A stretch of 62,507 bases of DNA from NCBI GenBank assembly GCA_036630325.1, contig CP142737.1, forward strand, positions 930,001-992,507, written 5' to 3'. Below the pieces are notes generated by a model. The model saw nothing but the letters and a program-made list of their open reading frames with translations, did not search any database and was not told the DNA's origin. Within the stretch, counting starts at the first letter, position 1. Each line of letters begins with the position of its first letter. The position numbers and the translations under genes were made by a program. This DNA is from Vairimorpha necatrix. Lineage: Eukaryota. Of this stretch, positions 49,241 through 62,507 are shown piece by piece.

Positions 49241-51217
49241 TGTGGTATTATTTACCACATTATTATATTTTCCTCCAAATGAATTTTCTAGAATTTATTT
49301 TTATATAAATATTTTCTTTTTATTTTTACCCCCACCAAAATATGTCAAGAAGAACAGAGGAGTCTAGAAATCAGCAGTATCAATCACTGCATCCCCAGAA
49401 AAGGGAAGATAAAGCCCAAGGAGGCAGATTTAATAATACAACTTAAATTATAATAAAACTTTAATACCCGTCAGAAGCATTATAGAATGCTATCTGAGGA
49501 ACGGCCAACTCCCGGGTAATACCTCAATGAGCTCATTAGTATTAGAAAAAAGTAATAATACTGAGAAATAAAATGATGATGAAGCATATACCACATTTGA
49601 TAAAACCATAGAAGGAACTACAATAGTGGTTAAAGAAAAAATTGAAAAATGTAAAACTTGACTGCACCATAAAGCATCTCGAGCTGTTTGAAGAGCTAGG
49701 AACGGCCATTAAATGGACTGATGAGCAGATGGGACTCATCTACTAACCTTTGATTGAAGATTCTAAGGTGAAAGATAAGCTAAATAAGAAAAGCTTCAAA
49801 AAACAAAAAAAAAAGAACTACTAGAATTTAGATATCCAAAAAATGATGTAGCTTTATTATTAACAGAGATGGAAACTGTAAAACAGGTAAATTATAGAAG
49901 TATAGCAGATTACTACGAGAAAATAGAGTCGATGATTGAAATATACGGAATATCTATGAACTTATCGAAAAGGAATTTGATGTTAGATTGAAACAGATTT
50001 TTGAGAGAGGATTAGGCAGATCAACTGCCATTGAAGTTTTAAAATCAGGAATGAAAAACAAGGGAACAAACAAGCTATTAAAATATTCACAAGATCTGGA
50101 AGAAATGATTATTTTATAGGCGAAACTGTTGGGACACGATATCGCAATTTATATCTAAGAAAGAGCTTTATGAAAGACCTGAAGAAACAGGAAGATACTT
50201 TAAATGTGATAATGGTGCTCTATACATCGAGCAAGATCACATGATACACGAGATTGTCGTCTAAGAAAACCAAAAGCCAACGATAGTGAAATAAAAAAAG
50301 AAGAAAAATCGTTAATGATAAAAAAAAAATTCCTACGATGAATTGGATATAAAACATAAAAAACCGACTGCCTATTAATTCAGAAACAAAAAGAAAATAA
50401 AATCATCAATAAACAGAAAAGTATAAATGAAAGAATAAATAATATAGATAATTGTATTAAAAGGAATTTGAATAAAAAATAGACAATCTTCTAGCTAAAG
50501 TCTTAACTAATATAGTTGACTTTGTGAAAAGGACAGGGAATACGATACCATCAGATGATATATATTCAAGAAATATTAAAATAAATAACAAAGAAAGAAG
50601 CAAGCCTCGTGATAAAATTAAAGATAACCATGCACATGTAAAAGATTTGGCAACATCTAAATATGATAGTTATTAGAATAAAAATAAATTAAATCTTGGA
50701 ACTTTCAGAAAACATTGCCTCAAAAATAAAATGCAGCAGTTGCCATTTAGCATATGTAGATATGAAATAAACGGTGAATTTGAGAGCTCAAATATGATAA
50801 GTTGAACTCATACCTTGATTTGAGGTTTAAAATATCCTACCCAGCTATTACTAGGAAACGGCGGAAAGAACTATATGATGATTTCGGAGGAATCCGTATT
50901 CTAATTTGCTGACCCTTTAGAGAAGGTAGTATGTGGCATTATTTACCACATTATTATATTTTCCTCCAAATGAATTTTCTAGAATTTATTTTTATATAAA
51001 TATTTTCTTTTTATTTTTACCCCCACCAAAATATGTCAAGAAGAACAGAGGAGTCTAGAAATCAGCAGTATCAATCAATGCATCCCCAGAAAAGGGAAGA
51101 TAAAGCCCAAGGAGGCAGATTTAATAATACAACTTAAATTATAATAAAACTTTAATACCAGGGAGAAGCATTATAGAATGCTATCTGAGGAATGGCCAAC
51201 TCCCGGGTAATACCTCA
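49241..51217 (+). mobile_element. Non-autonomous LTR retroelement (286-bp LTRs, decayed gag, no recognisable pol)
   Basis: LTRs 49241-49526 and 50932-51217 (about 6 differences), TG...CA, TSD GAATT, PPT agagaaggtagta, knuckle remnant WCSIHRARSHDTRDC near 50213; empty site near 20845. Confidence 0.92.
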
Positions 51218-54200
51218 GAATTAAACATAAAAACAAGAAATAATTATATGACAAATTAATAATTTTTTTTTCTGAATGGAGTATCCACACATCTTATATC
51301 CGGCATGAGGCCTGATCCGAAGTTGAAGTGGTGAGTCTAAACTAACATATTGATTTATATTATTTGTTTGTTTTGCTGCTCATCGGAATTGTAGGTCAGG
51401 GGTAAATTCCGTTTAAATAGTCAATTAGATTAACTGTCAAACTCTTTGAGATGTAAACAAACAAACATGAAACCGAAGTTCTACTGAATTAGTAGTACTT
51501 CATGTGACATGCACTTGTCTTACTTTTAGTTTGTGAATGTCAAACATGTCTTATGTTTATTTACAATACTCTGAGATGTTTGACAGTACCAATAATCATT
51601 GTTTAATTATAAGCCGTATCGTCAGTGCAGGTCTCAGGCTTCAAGACATCTGAATAAATATTATAATTGATATTTCGAAAACTATTTCTTGCATAATTTA
51701 GTACATTTTTTTTTAGAGGTTGCCAACGTATGTATCTGTATAATTAATATTTTAAGAATTTTAGATTTATTTGTCTTTTTTGTATGAGTACGTAAGTATA
51801 TAATTAGCTGCATATAAAATAATTATGAAACGCATTATGTGCAGAATCGACATGTAATTAAAAATTGAAGTAAAGTTTAACATATTAAATCGCCTTTGGA
51901 CACAATACGTAAATTAAACGATATATTTATTTCTTTTTTCAAGATAAAAACATATTTTTCAAACAAGTAAATAAGATTCTTTCAAAAAGAAATTAAAACA
52001 CAATCATTGAATGTTTTAATTACAAGAAATGTCTGATACTATACATAAACTATTTAAGACATATAATTTAGTCTAACAATCTATTGTTTAATAAATTAGG
52101 ACGTATTTATATACAAGAAATAAGATTATACATTTATCTAAAATAATTCTGGTATATGCATTAAAATATTTAAATAAATGTTAAAAAACCAAAACTTGAT
52201 AAACTAAATACAAAGGTTTCATAGAAGTGTGTATTAATGATTACTTAATAAGGACAGTTGTCAAAGTTTACTCTGTTAAATATTCACCAATAATACAACA
52301 AAAAATGAAAAATTTACAATATGTGTTTATCCATGCAAATTAATTAACCTTTAACTTACGTGGCTAAAAATCATTACAATAAAAATAAAATATAAAAAAG
52401 AAGTTTGTATATGAAGGGCAAAAAAAAAATCAATGAAGCAAGTACACAATCATAAAGTTATTAATAGCGAAATATTTTTAGCCTTCTAACTTAAAAGTAG
52501 CAAAGTTTTATCTATGAAGAACAGAGAAATACAGGAAAAATAAGAACGAGCATACTGGTTGAAAGAAAAAAAAATCTTCTAAAATTTAAAACGAACTCTA
52601 CAATCTATCTAAATTTACAACATAGGTAATAACAAAATAACTTAAATTTGATCTTTTCATTTTTTTTGGTATAAGTACGAAAGCAAATAATTAGAATTAC
52701 TTTTACGATCAAAAATAGAATGAGTAAGAAGTGATACAAATAATATTCATTTATTATAACTAGATAGTAAAGAGATTATAAAGAAAAGATATACATATTA
52801 TTCTACATATTGCTTTGCAAGATTATACATAAGAATTCAAAATAAAGATATACGATCAAGATATTTTATGAAATATAATTTTCTTTTATATTAAAATCTA
52901 CGCCAAGATAAACAAAAATAAATCATAATATTGCGTATAGTATTATTTAAGTACAATTAACACAAACAATGAAGTTTATTAATTATCTAAAACATATCAG
53001 AGGATTTTATAAATGAAAATTATATAAAAAAATCAACTATATTATATTTATATATGATCAATATGTATACTATTAAGTATAATAATTACTAATGATAAAA
53101 AAACGAAAAACAAATATTGTATAAAGTTTTAAACGAATTTCGATTAACCTCGTATTTTACATTTTTTTGGTTGATAGAATTCTAAAGAAGTTTCATTTAT
53201 AAAACATTGTAGACTTTTGAAATTGAAGTTGGTAAAAAACAAATGTCACAAATATTACTTTGTTGTTTACAATCATATTGACCACACAAAATTAGAAATT
53301 TTGACCAAAAAATTCTAAAAAGTAAAATCATTCATACTAGTATCATAATTATAAAAATATATTATTTTATTATTAATTTCAAATAAATAAGAACAAATCA
53401 ATTCAAAAATCTATCGGTTAAATATTTGATAATCGCTCTTTTGTTATATATATACTTTCTAAATCCGTTAAGTATAATATTTTTATATAATAATTTGATC
53501 AAAATTTAAGTATGAAAATCGAAATATTATAAAAAGAGGTCATTTACGAAAGAAAAACAAAATTCTAAATTTATTCAACAATATCGTAAAATTATATATT
53601 CATTAAGAAAATCTCTTATTTAATGTATAATTAGAAGAATTAGAGATAATTATTTTAAATTAACAATATAAAATAAGAACTATTCATTTAAATCGTTCAG
53701 TAACGGTAAAAAGAATTTTACTTAGAAACAACATTTATGTTATTGATTTAAAAAATCCTAAGGAAACCTACTTAGTTATATTTTCCATATTATAATATAA
53801 TAAGAAATAATAAGTAAATTTTTAATTATGAATAATTAAATAAAAACAATAACACGTACAATTTAATACAAGGTTGTTGTAAATAAAACGTTTTCGAGAT
53901 TTTGAAAAAGGCGTCGTTATTAAAAAAAATAAAACAAAAAATGGGGTGAATAGAAATGCATATAAATTCAATACAGTTAATAACATAATAGAATTAATTT
54001 TGAATCTAAATTTAAAAAACCTTATATACCATAGTTACAAGCAAACTAAAATATATTTCAAAATTTATATATTTAAGCAGAAAATAATTTTGATTAATAT
54101 TAAGAGTAATAACATAGAATAAACATGATTAATACTAGCTTAATTTAAATTTAAAAACTTACTAAAAACATGTTAATTCAAATTAAGTATTTCTTAATTA

Positions 54201-57200
54201 TAATACTATTAAATATTTCACTTGGACGTTTTCAAGATTATTTACAAAAAAAAGTCTAAAAGTTAGAATTGGATATATTAAATATTAACATAATGGTAGT
54301 ACTATGGGAAAACAAATTAGAATTTTAGAAAAAACACCTAAATAATATTTATATATCGTTAGTCTCAAAAATTTAAAAGTATTCTTAAGAAATTAAATTT
54401 TTAGAATATATAAGAATTCATTTACACATATTTAAATAAAAAAAAAAATTTATATTATTTAGCATAAAAATGAAATATTATTAGTTAAAAAACTAAACTT
54501 AAAAATTCCTCTTATAAAATAAAAAATTTCGTTCTTTGTCTTATAACTATCAGATATTTAAATTTTTTGAATCAAAAATTTTATATAACTGTTATAGTCA
54601 ATATTTTTGAAGAAAAATTGAAATTTAATTTTGATATTATATATTGTCTATAGTTCAAAAAATGCGTTAGATTAAATCTAAGTATGAAAAGGTCACTAAA
54701 ATTTTTTACTTCAATATAAATTTTATAATACACAAAGATTTATCTACAAGTAAAATAAACATAATGCCAATAAAAATTTTTGAAAAAACTAATATTTTTT
54801 GAAATGCAATTTCAATAAAGATAATTGAGGTTAATATTACAAAAATAATTTTAAAAAGAAAATATATTTAAAGTAGTAGGATAACTTTTTTTAAAAAAAA
54901 CATATTGGACTAAAACTCGTTTTAAAAAAATAAATTTTAATATTTAGAATAGTTAATAAAAACATTCAAACTAAACATTCAAAACATTTTAGATAAGTAA
55001 AAAAAAAGAAAATTTATATACAATTAAATTTTCACGACTATTTAATCAGAAGTCTCAACCACTAAAACGAAAATAATATTTTTTGATCATTATATTATAT
55101 TTTATATTTTTAAATTTCTCTCTTAATAATACACATACGACTGATTGAAAAAAGTAATAGTTTTAGAACATATAACGAATTTTTTTTAAAAAATAATATA
55201 TCAATCGAAAATTTAAAATGCAATATATTACACCTACATTATTAAACATGATGATATATTCAACCTACACGAAAACATATGATTAAATAACGAAAAATTT
55301 ATAAAAATATAAAAATAATCTATTAAAAATTTTTATATATTTGTATTTCAAAAGAAACCATATCATGGAGGGTTTTAGAAAATTGTAAATTAAAGGTACT
55401 AAATTACAATCAATATTTCATAAAGTTTTATAAATGATTTAAATCATTTTTATAGTAAAAAATTCAATACTATTTATCGCAAGGAAACATTGGAAAGTTC
55501 TTCATATCTAAAAACTCATTTTTTATGCTTAACATAAGTTTTTAAAATTATTATAAAAATGTAGCATATATAAACCAAATAATATCAAGAAAATTCATAA
55601 ATAAAAATTTAAAGTCTCAAAAAAACATAAAGACATACGACGAAAATAAAATATAAACATCTATAGAGGAACACAACGAACGACATTTAATTTTGTTTTT
55701 ATTTATTACAACAGTATTTTGAAATTTTTGGTAATAATCAAGAAAAAAATTATAAAATAAAATACAAAAAATTATTTCAATAAAAATAATGATAAATAAT
55801 TAAGAAATAAATCTAATAATGGTCAGAAAACATATTAAATACAAATTAAAAGATAAGATAATTAATATTCATACAAATTGTAAATTTATACACAAAAATA
55901 GGCTGGAAATGAATTTCGTATTTCTTCATATGAATTTTTCTAGTAAATATTATATAGTCCACGTATTTATTAATGATACTATAATTATGATAAAAATAAA
56001 ATCAAAATAAATACATTTTAAGTAAATTTTTGAAAAATATCTTACACTAACCGAAGAATTTAAAAATATAAATCAATAAGAGCTAAGAAGGTTAAATAAA
56101 ACAAATAAACAAAACCCAATGCACTAATAAATAAACATTATATAAATTTAAGGATAATATAATGTAAGAGCGTATAAATTAAAAAAACAAATCTTATCTT
56201 TAATAATGACAGAAAATAGTTTAATTAAAATATTTTAATGCATAAAACCAATTACATATTAAACATAAATGCATTTGACAATTTATAATAATTATTAAAT
56301 TATATTTACTTTAAATATTTATTGAGAAAAAAAAATATAATAAATTGAAAAATTAAATTTTAAATATTTAAACAAAAAAAATTTTATTAATTTTTTTGGA
56401 ATAAGCATATTGATTTTCGTAAATTAAATCAATCTAATGATTTAATTAAAAAAAAATTTTTTAATAATCCATGAATTGGTTTTATCATAAAAAATAACAT
56501 TTAACATAACACATTATGTAAAACATTTTCATAGATAATGATAGGATACTTTTAAACTCTTCGCAATTTTTTAAGCAATAATTTTGAATATACAACATAA
56601 CTGAATCGCAAAAATTTATCAATTTTAACTGGTTATCAAATAAATCAAACTATTTCTCTTCATAATTAAAATTATATAAAGATCAAGCAAGAAGTAAATC
56701 TAACGGTCATAAAAGAAAATATAAAAGTAAAAAAAAACATATCTAAGGTATTATGATCAATAAATCAAATATATGGTACAGAGGAAGTATTTTTCAATTA
56801 TCCAATATTTTCACACCCTCTTATTTTTAAAATATATTATTTTCTATCATAGAAAATTAAATCCCAAAGAGAACATAAAAAATAGACACAATAACATTTG
56901 TAATATTAAAAGACTTCCTAAACAGTTCAGCAAATAATTAGAAAAATAAGATTGTACTTTAGAAGAAGCCGCATCCCTATGCAGCAGCCAAGTAGATATA
57001 AATATTTATAAAAAAATTCCAAAAACAATTTTTAATTTTATAAAAATAAATTACATCATATTAGTTTAGAAAAATATTAATTACTTGTATTGATCTATTT
57101 TAAAATCACAAAAATTTATATATATGATATTAAAATGTAATTAGTTATTCGTATTTTATTTTTAAACAAACACTGGAATCTTTCCTTAATGTTAACAAAT

Positions 57201-57531
57201 TGTTACGTCCTTTTGCTTTTTTAGAATAATGATTCAATTTTATTATTCAAAGTGGTTATTTTGAGCTTTCCTAAATGTATAAGCTCCTGTGTCTGTATAT
57301 ATGCGTTAGTACATCATTCGAGATTTAAGTTATTTGTATAATATGCTAAATATTATTTTTTTTTTAGTATAATACGAATATTTCTAGTAAAAAATTTATA
57401 AAACACAAGAATGACCTTTTTACAATAGAATATATTACAAAATAAAGACATAGCTTCATACTTTTACAATATATTATTTCTTTAAATTTATTTGAAGAAT
57501 TACATCAAAAATACTTTGTGTTTTAATTATA

Positions 57532-60500
57532 TGGATAAAGTTGAACCTCCTATTAAATAATTTTTTCCATGGCGAACACAAAATACGAAAGGGTAACAAG
57601 TATAAGCCGTGTTTAAGAGAACGATAAATTACTAAAAGAAGCTCAGAGAGTGAGACAAACATCATAATGCAGAAAGATGTATAAGATGTGACAACGAAAA
57701 ATCGAAACAAGTAAGGACTGAACTTCAAAATTTTATTATTGATAAAAATTTGATATGTATGATAAATTTGAATGATATTACTGATGAAAATGATAAATTA
57801 GTTGTTATAGAGAAAGAGAATATGAACAAGGAAAAAATAAGAAGCAGAGAACTAGAAGATATGGTAGATGGTATGAAAGAAAAATTAAGAAAAGAGAAAA
57901 AAAAAACATCTGAGTAGGACTATAGCAGTGGCAGGAAGACACTTTCAATATAAAAGACGAGAAACCAAAAAACATTGCTTTATATGTAGAAATGTCGGGC
58001 ATATAGGTAGAAGTTGTATGGAGCGTAAAGGAAGACAGGAAGAGAAAAATGAAAATAAAAAAGTTAATTAATTTTGGCATTCGTGATAATAGTAAAATGA
58101 AAATACATAAAAGGAAATGATATTAAATTTAGACTACCAGTGAAGGTATAAAGAGAGAACTAAGAAACAGTTTATATGTAAAAAATACAAACCAAGATAA
58201 AAGAAGAAAAAATATTAATAAATATGAAGAATTGGAAGGAAAATTCTCTGAGGTATTAGGAAAAGACAAAGAAAAAATAAAATACTTAACAGGGAAAAAA
58301 TGTTCTATCAAAACAAGGAGTGAAAGTTGTTATAAAAAGACAAAATATTTCTTATAATTCGAGAAAAGTTAGAAAATTATATTAATTTATTAGAAAGTAG
58401 AGGTATTATTAGAAGGACAAAGAGCGAATGGAGAAGCCTAATAAAGCCCATAGAAAAACCAAATGGTGAAGTACAATTGAGAAGCAATTTGATGGCTTTA
58501 AACGAACTGGTTTAAAAAGATCCGTATGAATTGCCATTGATTAGAGACAATATTAGGGCAACGGAGGTTCTAAAGTATTTATGGTTTTAGACCTAAAGTT
58601 AGGATTCTATCATATAAAATTGAGAAAGCTCAAAAACATAAGACAGGTTTTGAGATAATTGTTCGAGTTTACGAATGAAATAGCATTGTAATGGGATTTA
58701 AAAATGCTCCTTATATTATGCAAAGAGTGATGAACGAAGTTTTAGATAAGTTTAGAAGCAAGAGTATTAAGGTTACATGGATGATATTATTATTCATGCA
58801 CGAGATAGCAATATACACGAAAATTTTTTAAAACAAGTAATTCGAAAATTTAACGAATGTGGATTGAAAGAGAATTAAAAAAATACAATATAAAGAAGAA
58901 GTAAAACTACTTGGAGTATCAATTTTCGGAGAAGACATAACACCTAACAAAATTAAAAAGCATTTGACATTAGAATACAGAAGGCCTAACAACATGAAAG
59001 ATTTTAAAAGATTTGAGGGACAAGCAGGCTGGTTAAGAGATTTTATTTTCAATTATGCTTATCGGATAGCACGTCTTAAAGAAGCACTAAAAAAAGATAG
59101 TAATTTGGAATGATCCATAGATATGGAAAGAGCTTTTAAAGATATCAAAGAGAGTTTAAAGGCTGTGAAAAAATTGAAAATAGAAGATAGTTAAAAACTA
59201 TTTAGAGTAAGAACGGATGCATGCGATACGGGAATTGGAGCCATACTTCTGCAAGAAGACAAGGAAGGTGGATTCCGATACAATGGGCATCAAAAATGAT
59301 AACACCAACAGATAAAAAGTACACGATTAGTGAAAAAGAGATGATGGTAGCGTTATTTGGAATAAAGAAATTCGAGTTAGTTTTGAAGAAAATTTCATTA
59401 AATGACAAATCATAAAGAACTGGCTGAGATTATTAACAACCCGTTTTTCAAAAATTAACAAAATTAAGGGATGGATAGAATATATACAAGAGTTCGATTT
59501 TACTAAAGAATATGTAAAAGGAAAATTTATGACGGATGTGGATGCTCTTAGTAGACAATTTGAAAATAACGAAGTATTTGAAAAAGGCGAAAGAGAGAAA
59601 CGGATCCAAAAACATATGAAAAGGAAAGAAAAAAAGCGCATGGTTAAAAGAGAAGGCAAAAACGATTGGAAGTTCTCAACTGGAAAAATTAATAAATACT
59701 TAAAAAGAACTAAGAGAGACAGAAATTCGTAAAGTTCATGAGGAATTAAATCATCGAAGAGTTATTGAAACACATTATAAGATTAAATCAAAGATGGTAG
59801 TGGTCGGGTATAAAGGACCAGATAACCACAACACTAAAAAATTGTGAAGTATGTAGCATTAATATTAGAAACACGACCTGAGGTTGCAATTTTGTAAAAA
59901 CATTCAAGAAATTATAAAGTAGCTTTAGACGTAATGGATATTGGGGAAAAAGAAAGAGACGTGCTATTAGGGACTGACTCCTTTATGAGAAGAGTATGGG
60001 GCGCAAAGATGGAAAATAAGGGAAGTGATGTTATTACGAAAATTTTAGGAAAATAGATGCCCAGATGAATATATTACGGATAACGGTTAGGAATTTTTCA
60101 GTAAGAGGTTTGTAACTTGGTGTAAAGAAAACGAAATTATGCAATGGAAAGTAGGTTTAGAATCTCATAGAAGTAATAGAAGAATAGAACGATGTATTTG
60201 AACAATAAGGGAATAGATGATCAAACAAAAAAAGGAAACCAAGAGGGAAAACTAGAGCAACCTGTAAGAACCTATAATAACACTCTACACACAGCGATTA
60301 AATGTACACCAATGGAAGCATGGAAAGAACAAGGAAAAGAAGTCTTAATTGAAAACAATAAAAAGAATGTGTATGCAAGTAAGTTTAAACAAAAGCATAG
60401 AGAAAAATTTGAAGTAGATCAGGCTGTGAGAATCGCAAGAAGAGAAAACTTGGGTAAATAGATGAAAAGTATGAAAAAAGATTTACAAGTGTTGGTAAAA

Positions 60501-60679
60501 TAATGGGAAAGTGTAAAAATGATTCTTTTATTGTAAGGACTGATAGCTGAAGATACATTAACACGACATTATGACCTAAAAGATTATAAAAATGATAAAT
60601 TAGAAGCTTGTTGCATTGTGCTGTCCCGCTTGATAAGGGATGTTAGGGGGTAAACCCCCTATTAAATAAATATATAACA
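57532..60679 (+). mobile_element. Degenerate Ty3/gypsy element with ~38-bp LTRs (duplicate of 27145-31171)
   Basis: Same broken RT/RH/IN motifs (MDDI, RTDAC, WIPIQWASKM, YNNTLHTAIKCTP); repeats at 57532-57569 and 60641-60679; TGGCGAAC after the 5' repeat. Confidence 0.88.
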
Positions 60680-60840
60680 TATTATCATCAATCAGAAAAA
60701 AAATTATTGTTTTTTAAAGATAGTTAGATAAATATTATCAAAAAATGAAAATTTTTTATTTATTTTGGTTACATATTGATAAATTGATAAATTTTTTAAA
60801 CAAAAGGTTCAGGAAGGTTTTAGGGCCAAAATCTTACGTG

Positions 60841-62507
60841 TTAGGTAGGTAGGTAGGTTAGGTTAGGTAGGTTATGTAGGTTAGGTAGGTAGGTTAGGTT
60901 AGGTAGGTGTAGGTTAGGTTAGGTAGGTAGGTAGGTTAGGCAGGTAGGTTAGGTTAGGTAGGTTAGGTAGGTTAGGTTAGGTAGGTAGGTAGGTTTAGGT
61001 AGGTTAGGTAGGTAGGTAGGTTAGGTAGGTAGGTTAGGTAGGTTTTAGGTTAGGTTAGGTAGGTTAGGTAGGTAGGTTAGGTAGGTTTTAGGTTAGGTTA
61101 GGTAGGTTAGGTAGGTTAGGTGGTTAGAGGTAGGTGGTAGGTAGGTGTTTAGGTAGTAGGTAGGTGGTAGGTTAGGTAGGTAGGTTAGGTAGGTAGGTTA
61201 GGTAGGTAGGTTAGGTTAGGTAGGTTAGGTAGTAGGTTAGGTAGTAGGTTAGGTTAGGTTTAGGTTAGGTAGGTTAGGTAGGTTAGGTTAGGTAGGTAGG
61301 TAGGTTTAGGTAGGTAGGTAGGTTAGTAGTTTTTAGGTTAGGTAGGTTAGGTAGGTAGGTTAGGTAGGTTAGGTTAGGTTAGGTAGGTTAGGTGTTAGGT
61401 TAGGTTAGGTAGGTAGGTAGGTAAGGTTAGGTAGGTTAGGTAGGTAGGTTAGGTAGGTAGGTTAGGTAGGTTAGGTTAGGTAGGTAGGTTAGGTAGGTTA
61501 GGTAGGTAGGTAGGTTAGGTAGGTTAGGTAGGTTAGGTTAGGTAGGTAGGTTAGGTTAGGTTAGGTAGGTTAGGTAGGTTAGTAGGTTAGGTAGGTTAGG
61601 TTAGGTAGGTAGGGTAGGTAGGGTTAGGTAGGTTAGGTAGGTAGGTTAGGTAGGTAGGTAGGTTAGGTAGGTAGGTTAGGTTAGGTTAGGTTAGGTAGGT
61701 AGGTTAGGTTAGGTTAGGTAGGTTAGGTAGGTTAGGTAGGTAGGTTAGGTTAGGTAGGTTAGGTTAGGTTAGGTAGGTTAGGTAGGTAGGTTAGGTAGGT
61801 TAGGTAGGTTAGGTTAGGTAGGTTAGGTTAGGTAGGTTAGGTAGGTAGGTAGGTAGGTAGGTTAGGTAGGTAGGTTAGGTTAGGTAGGTTAGGTAGGTAG
61901 GTAGGTAGGTAGGTTAGGTAGGTTAGGTAGGTAGGTAGGTTAGGTTAGGTAGGTAGGTAGGTAGGTTAGGTAGGTTAGGTAGGTAGGTTAGGTAGGTTAG
62001 GTAGGTTAGGTAGGTTAGGTAGGTTAGGTAGGTAGGTAGGTAGGTTAGGTAGGTTAGGTAGGTAGGTTAGGTTAGGTAGGTTAGGTAGGTTAGGTAGGTA
62101 GGTTAGGTAGGTAGGTTAGGTAGGTTAGGTAGGTAGGTAGGTAGGTTAGGTAGGTTAGGTAGGTTAGGTAGGTTAGGTAGGTTAGGTAGGTAGGTTAGGT
62201 AGGTAGGTTAGGTAGGTTAGGTTAGGTTAGGTAGGTTAGGTTAGGTAGGTAGGTTAGGTTAGGTAGGTTAGGTAGGTAGGTAGGTTAGGTAGGTAGGTTA
62301 GGTAGGTAGGTAGGTTAGGTAGGTTAGGTAGGTAGGTTAGGTAGGTAGGTAGGTTAGGTAGGTAGGTTAGGTAGGTTAGGTAGGTAGGTAGGTTAGGTAG
62401 GTAGGTAGGTTAGGTAGGTTAGGTAGGTAGGTAGGTTAGGTTAGGTAGGTTAGGTAGGTAGGTTAGGTAGGTAGGTAGGTAGGTAGGTAGGTTAGGTAGG
62501 TTAGGTA
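60841..62507 (+). repeat. Telomere: irregular mix of TTAGG and TAGG
   Basis: 1667 bp of G-rich repeats on the + strand running to the end of the sequence. Confidence 0.97.

Larger units (their letters stand above)
40719..60840 (+). repeat. Subtelomeric segmental duplication, distal copy
   Basis: Colinear with 13206-31345; extra insertions at 45008-45842 and 49241-51217; lacks the 27683 MITE. Confidence 0.95.

Noticed and set aside
57532-60840. Telomere-maintaining retrotransposon (HeT-A/TART/TRAS-like)
   Set aside because: It is a decayed LTR element ~160 bp from the repeats, not inserted in them; a normal simple-repeat telomere is present.
13206-60840. Subtelomeric rRNA genes and short ORF-track calls in the desert
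   Set aside because: No rRNA-like motifs seen; the short ORFs are not preserved between the two copies or are TE debris.

Overview
Very AT-rich eukaryotic chromosome end, most likely microsporidian (inferred from CCCC-NN-ATG start motifs, intronless genes, Merlin/Ty3/RLE-LINE content and a TTAGG-type telomere). The first 13 kb holds the only two intact host genes (both hypothetical with signal-peptide-like N-termini), a very young 3.7-kb Ty3/gypsy element with identical 109-bp LTRs, and Merlin DNA transposons/MITEs. From 13.2 kb to the end there is no intact gene. An ~18-kb subtelomeric block occurs twice in direct orientation (13206-31345 and 40719-60840). The distal copy runs into a 1.67-kb mixed TTAGG/TAGG telomere, and the proximal copy ends at the same junction in a short telomeric remnant, consistent with a buried former chromosome end. 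Most striking is extreme miniaturisation of the transposons: a Ty3/gypsy family with LTRs of only ~38 bp, three LTR families whose gag ATG lies inside or at the edge of the LTR so the primer-binding site is translated, and a 947-bp Merlin whose transposase starts and stops inside its TIRs. All alignments and identities were judged by eye.
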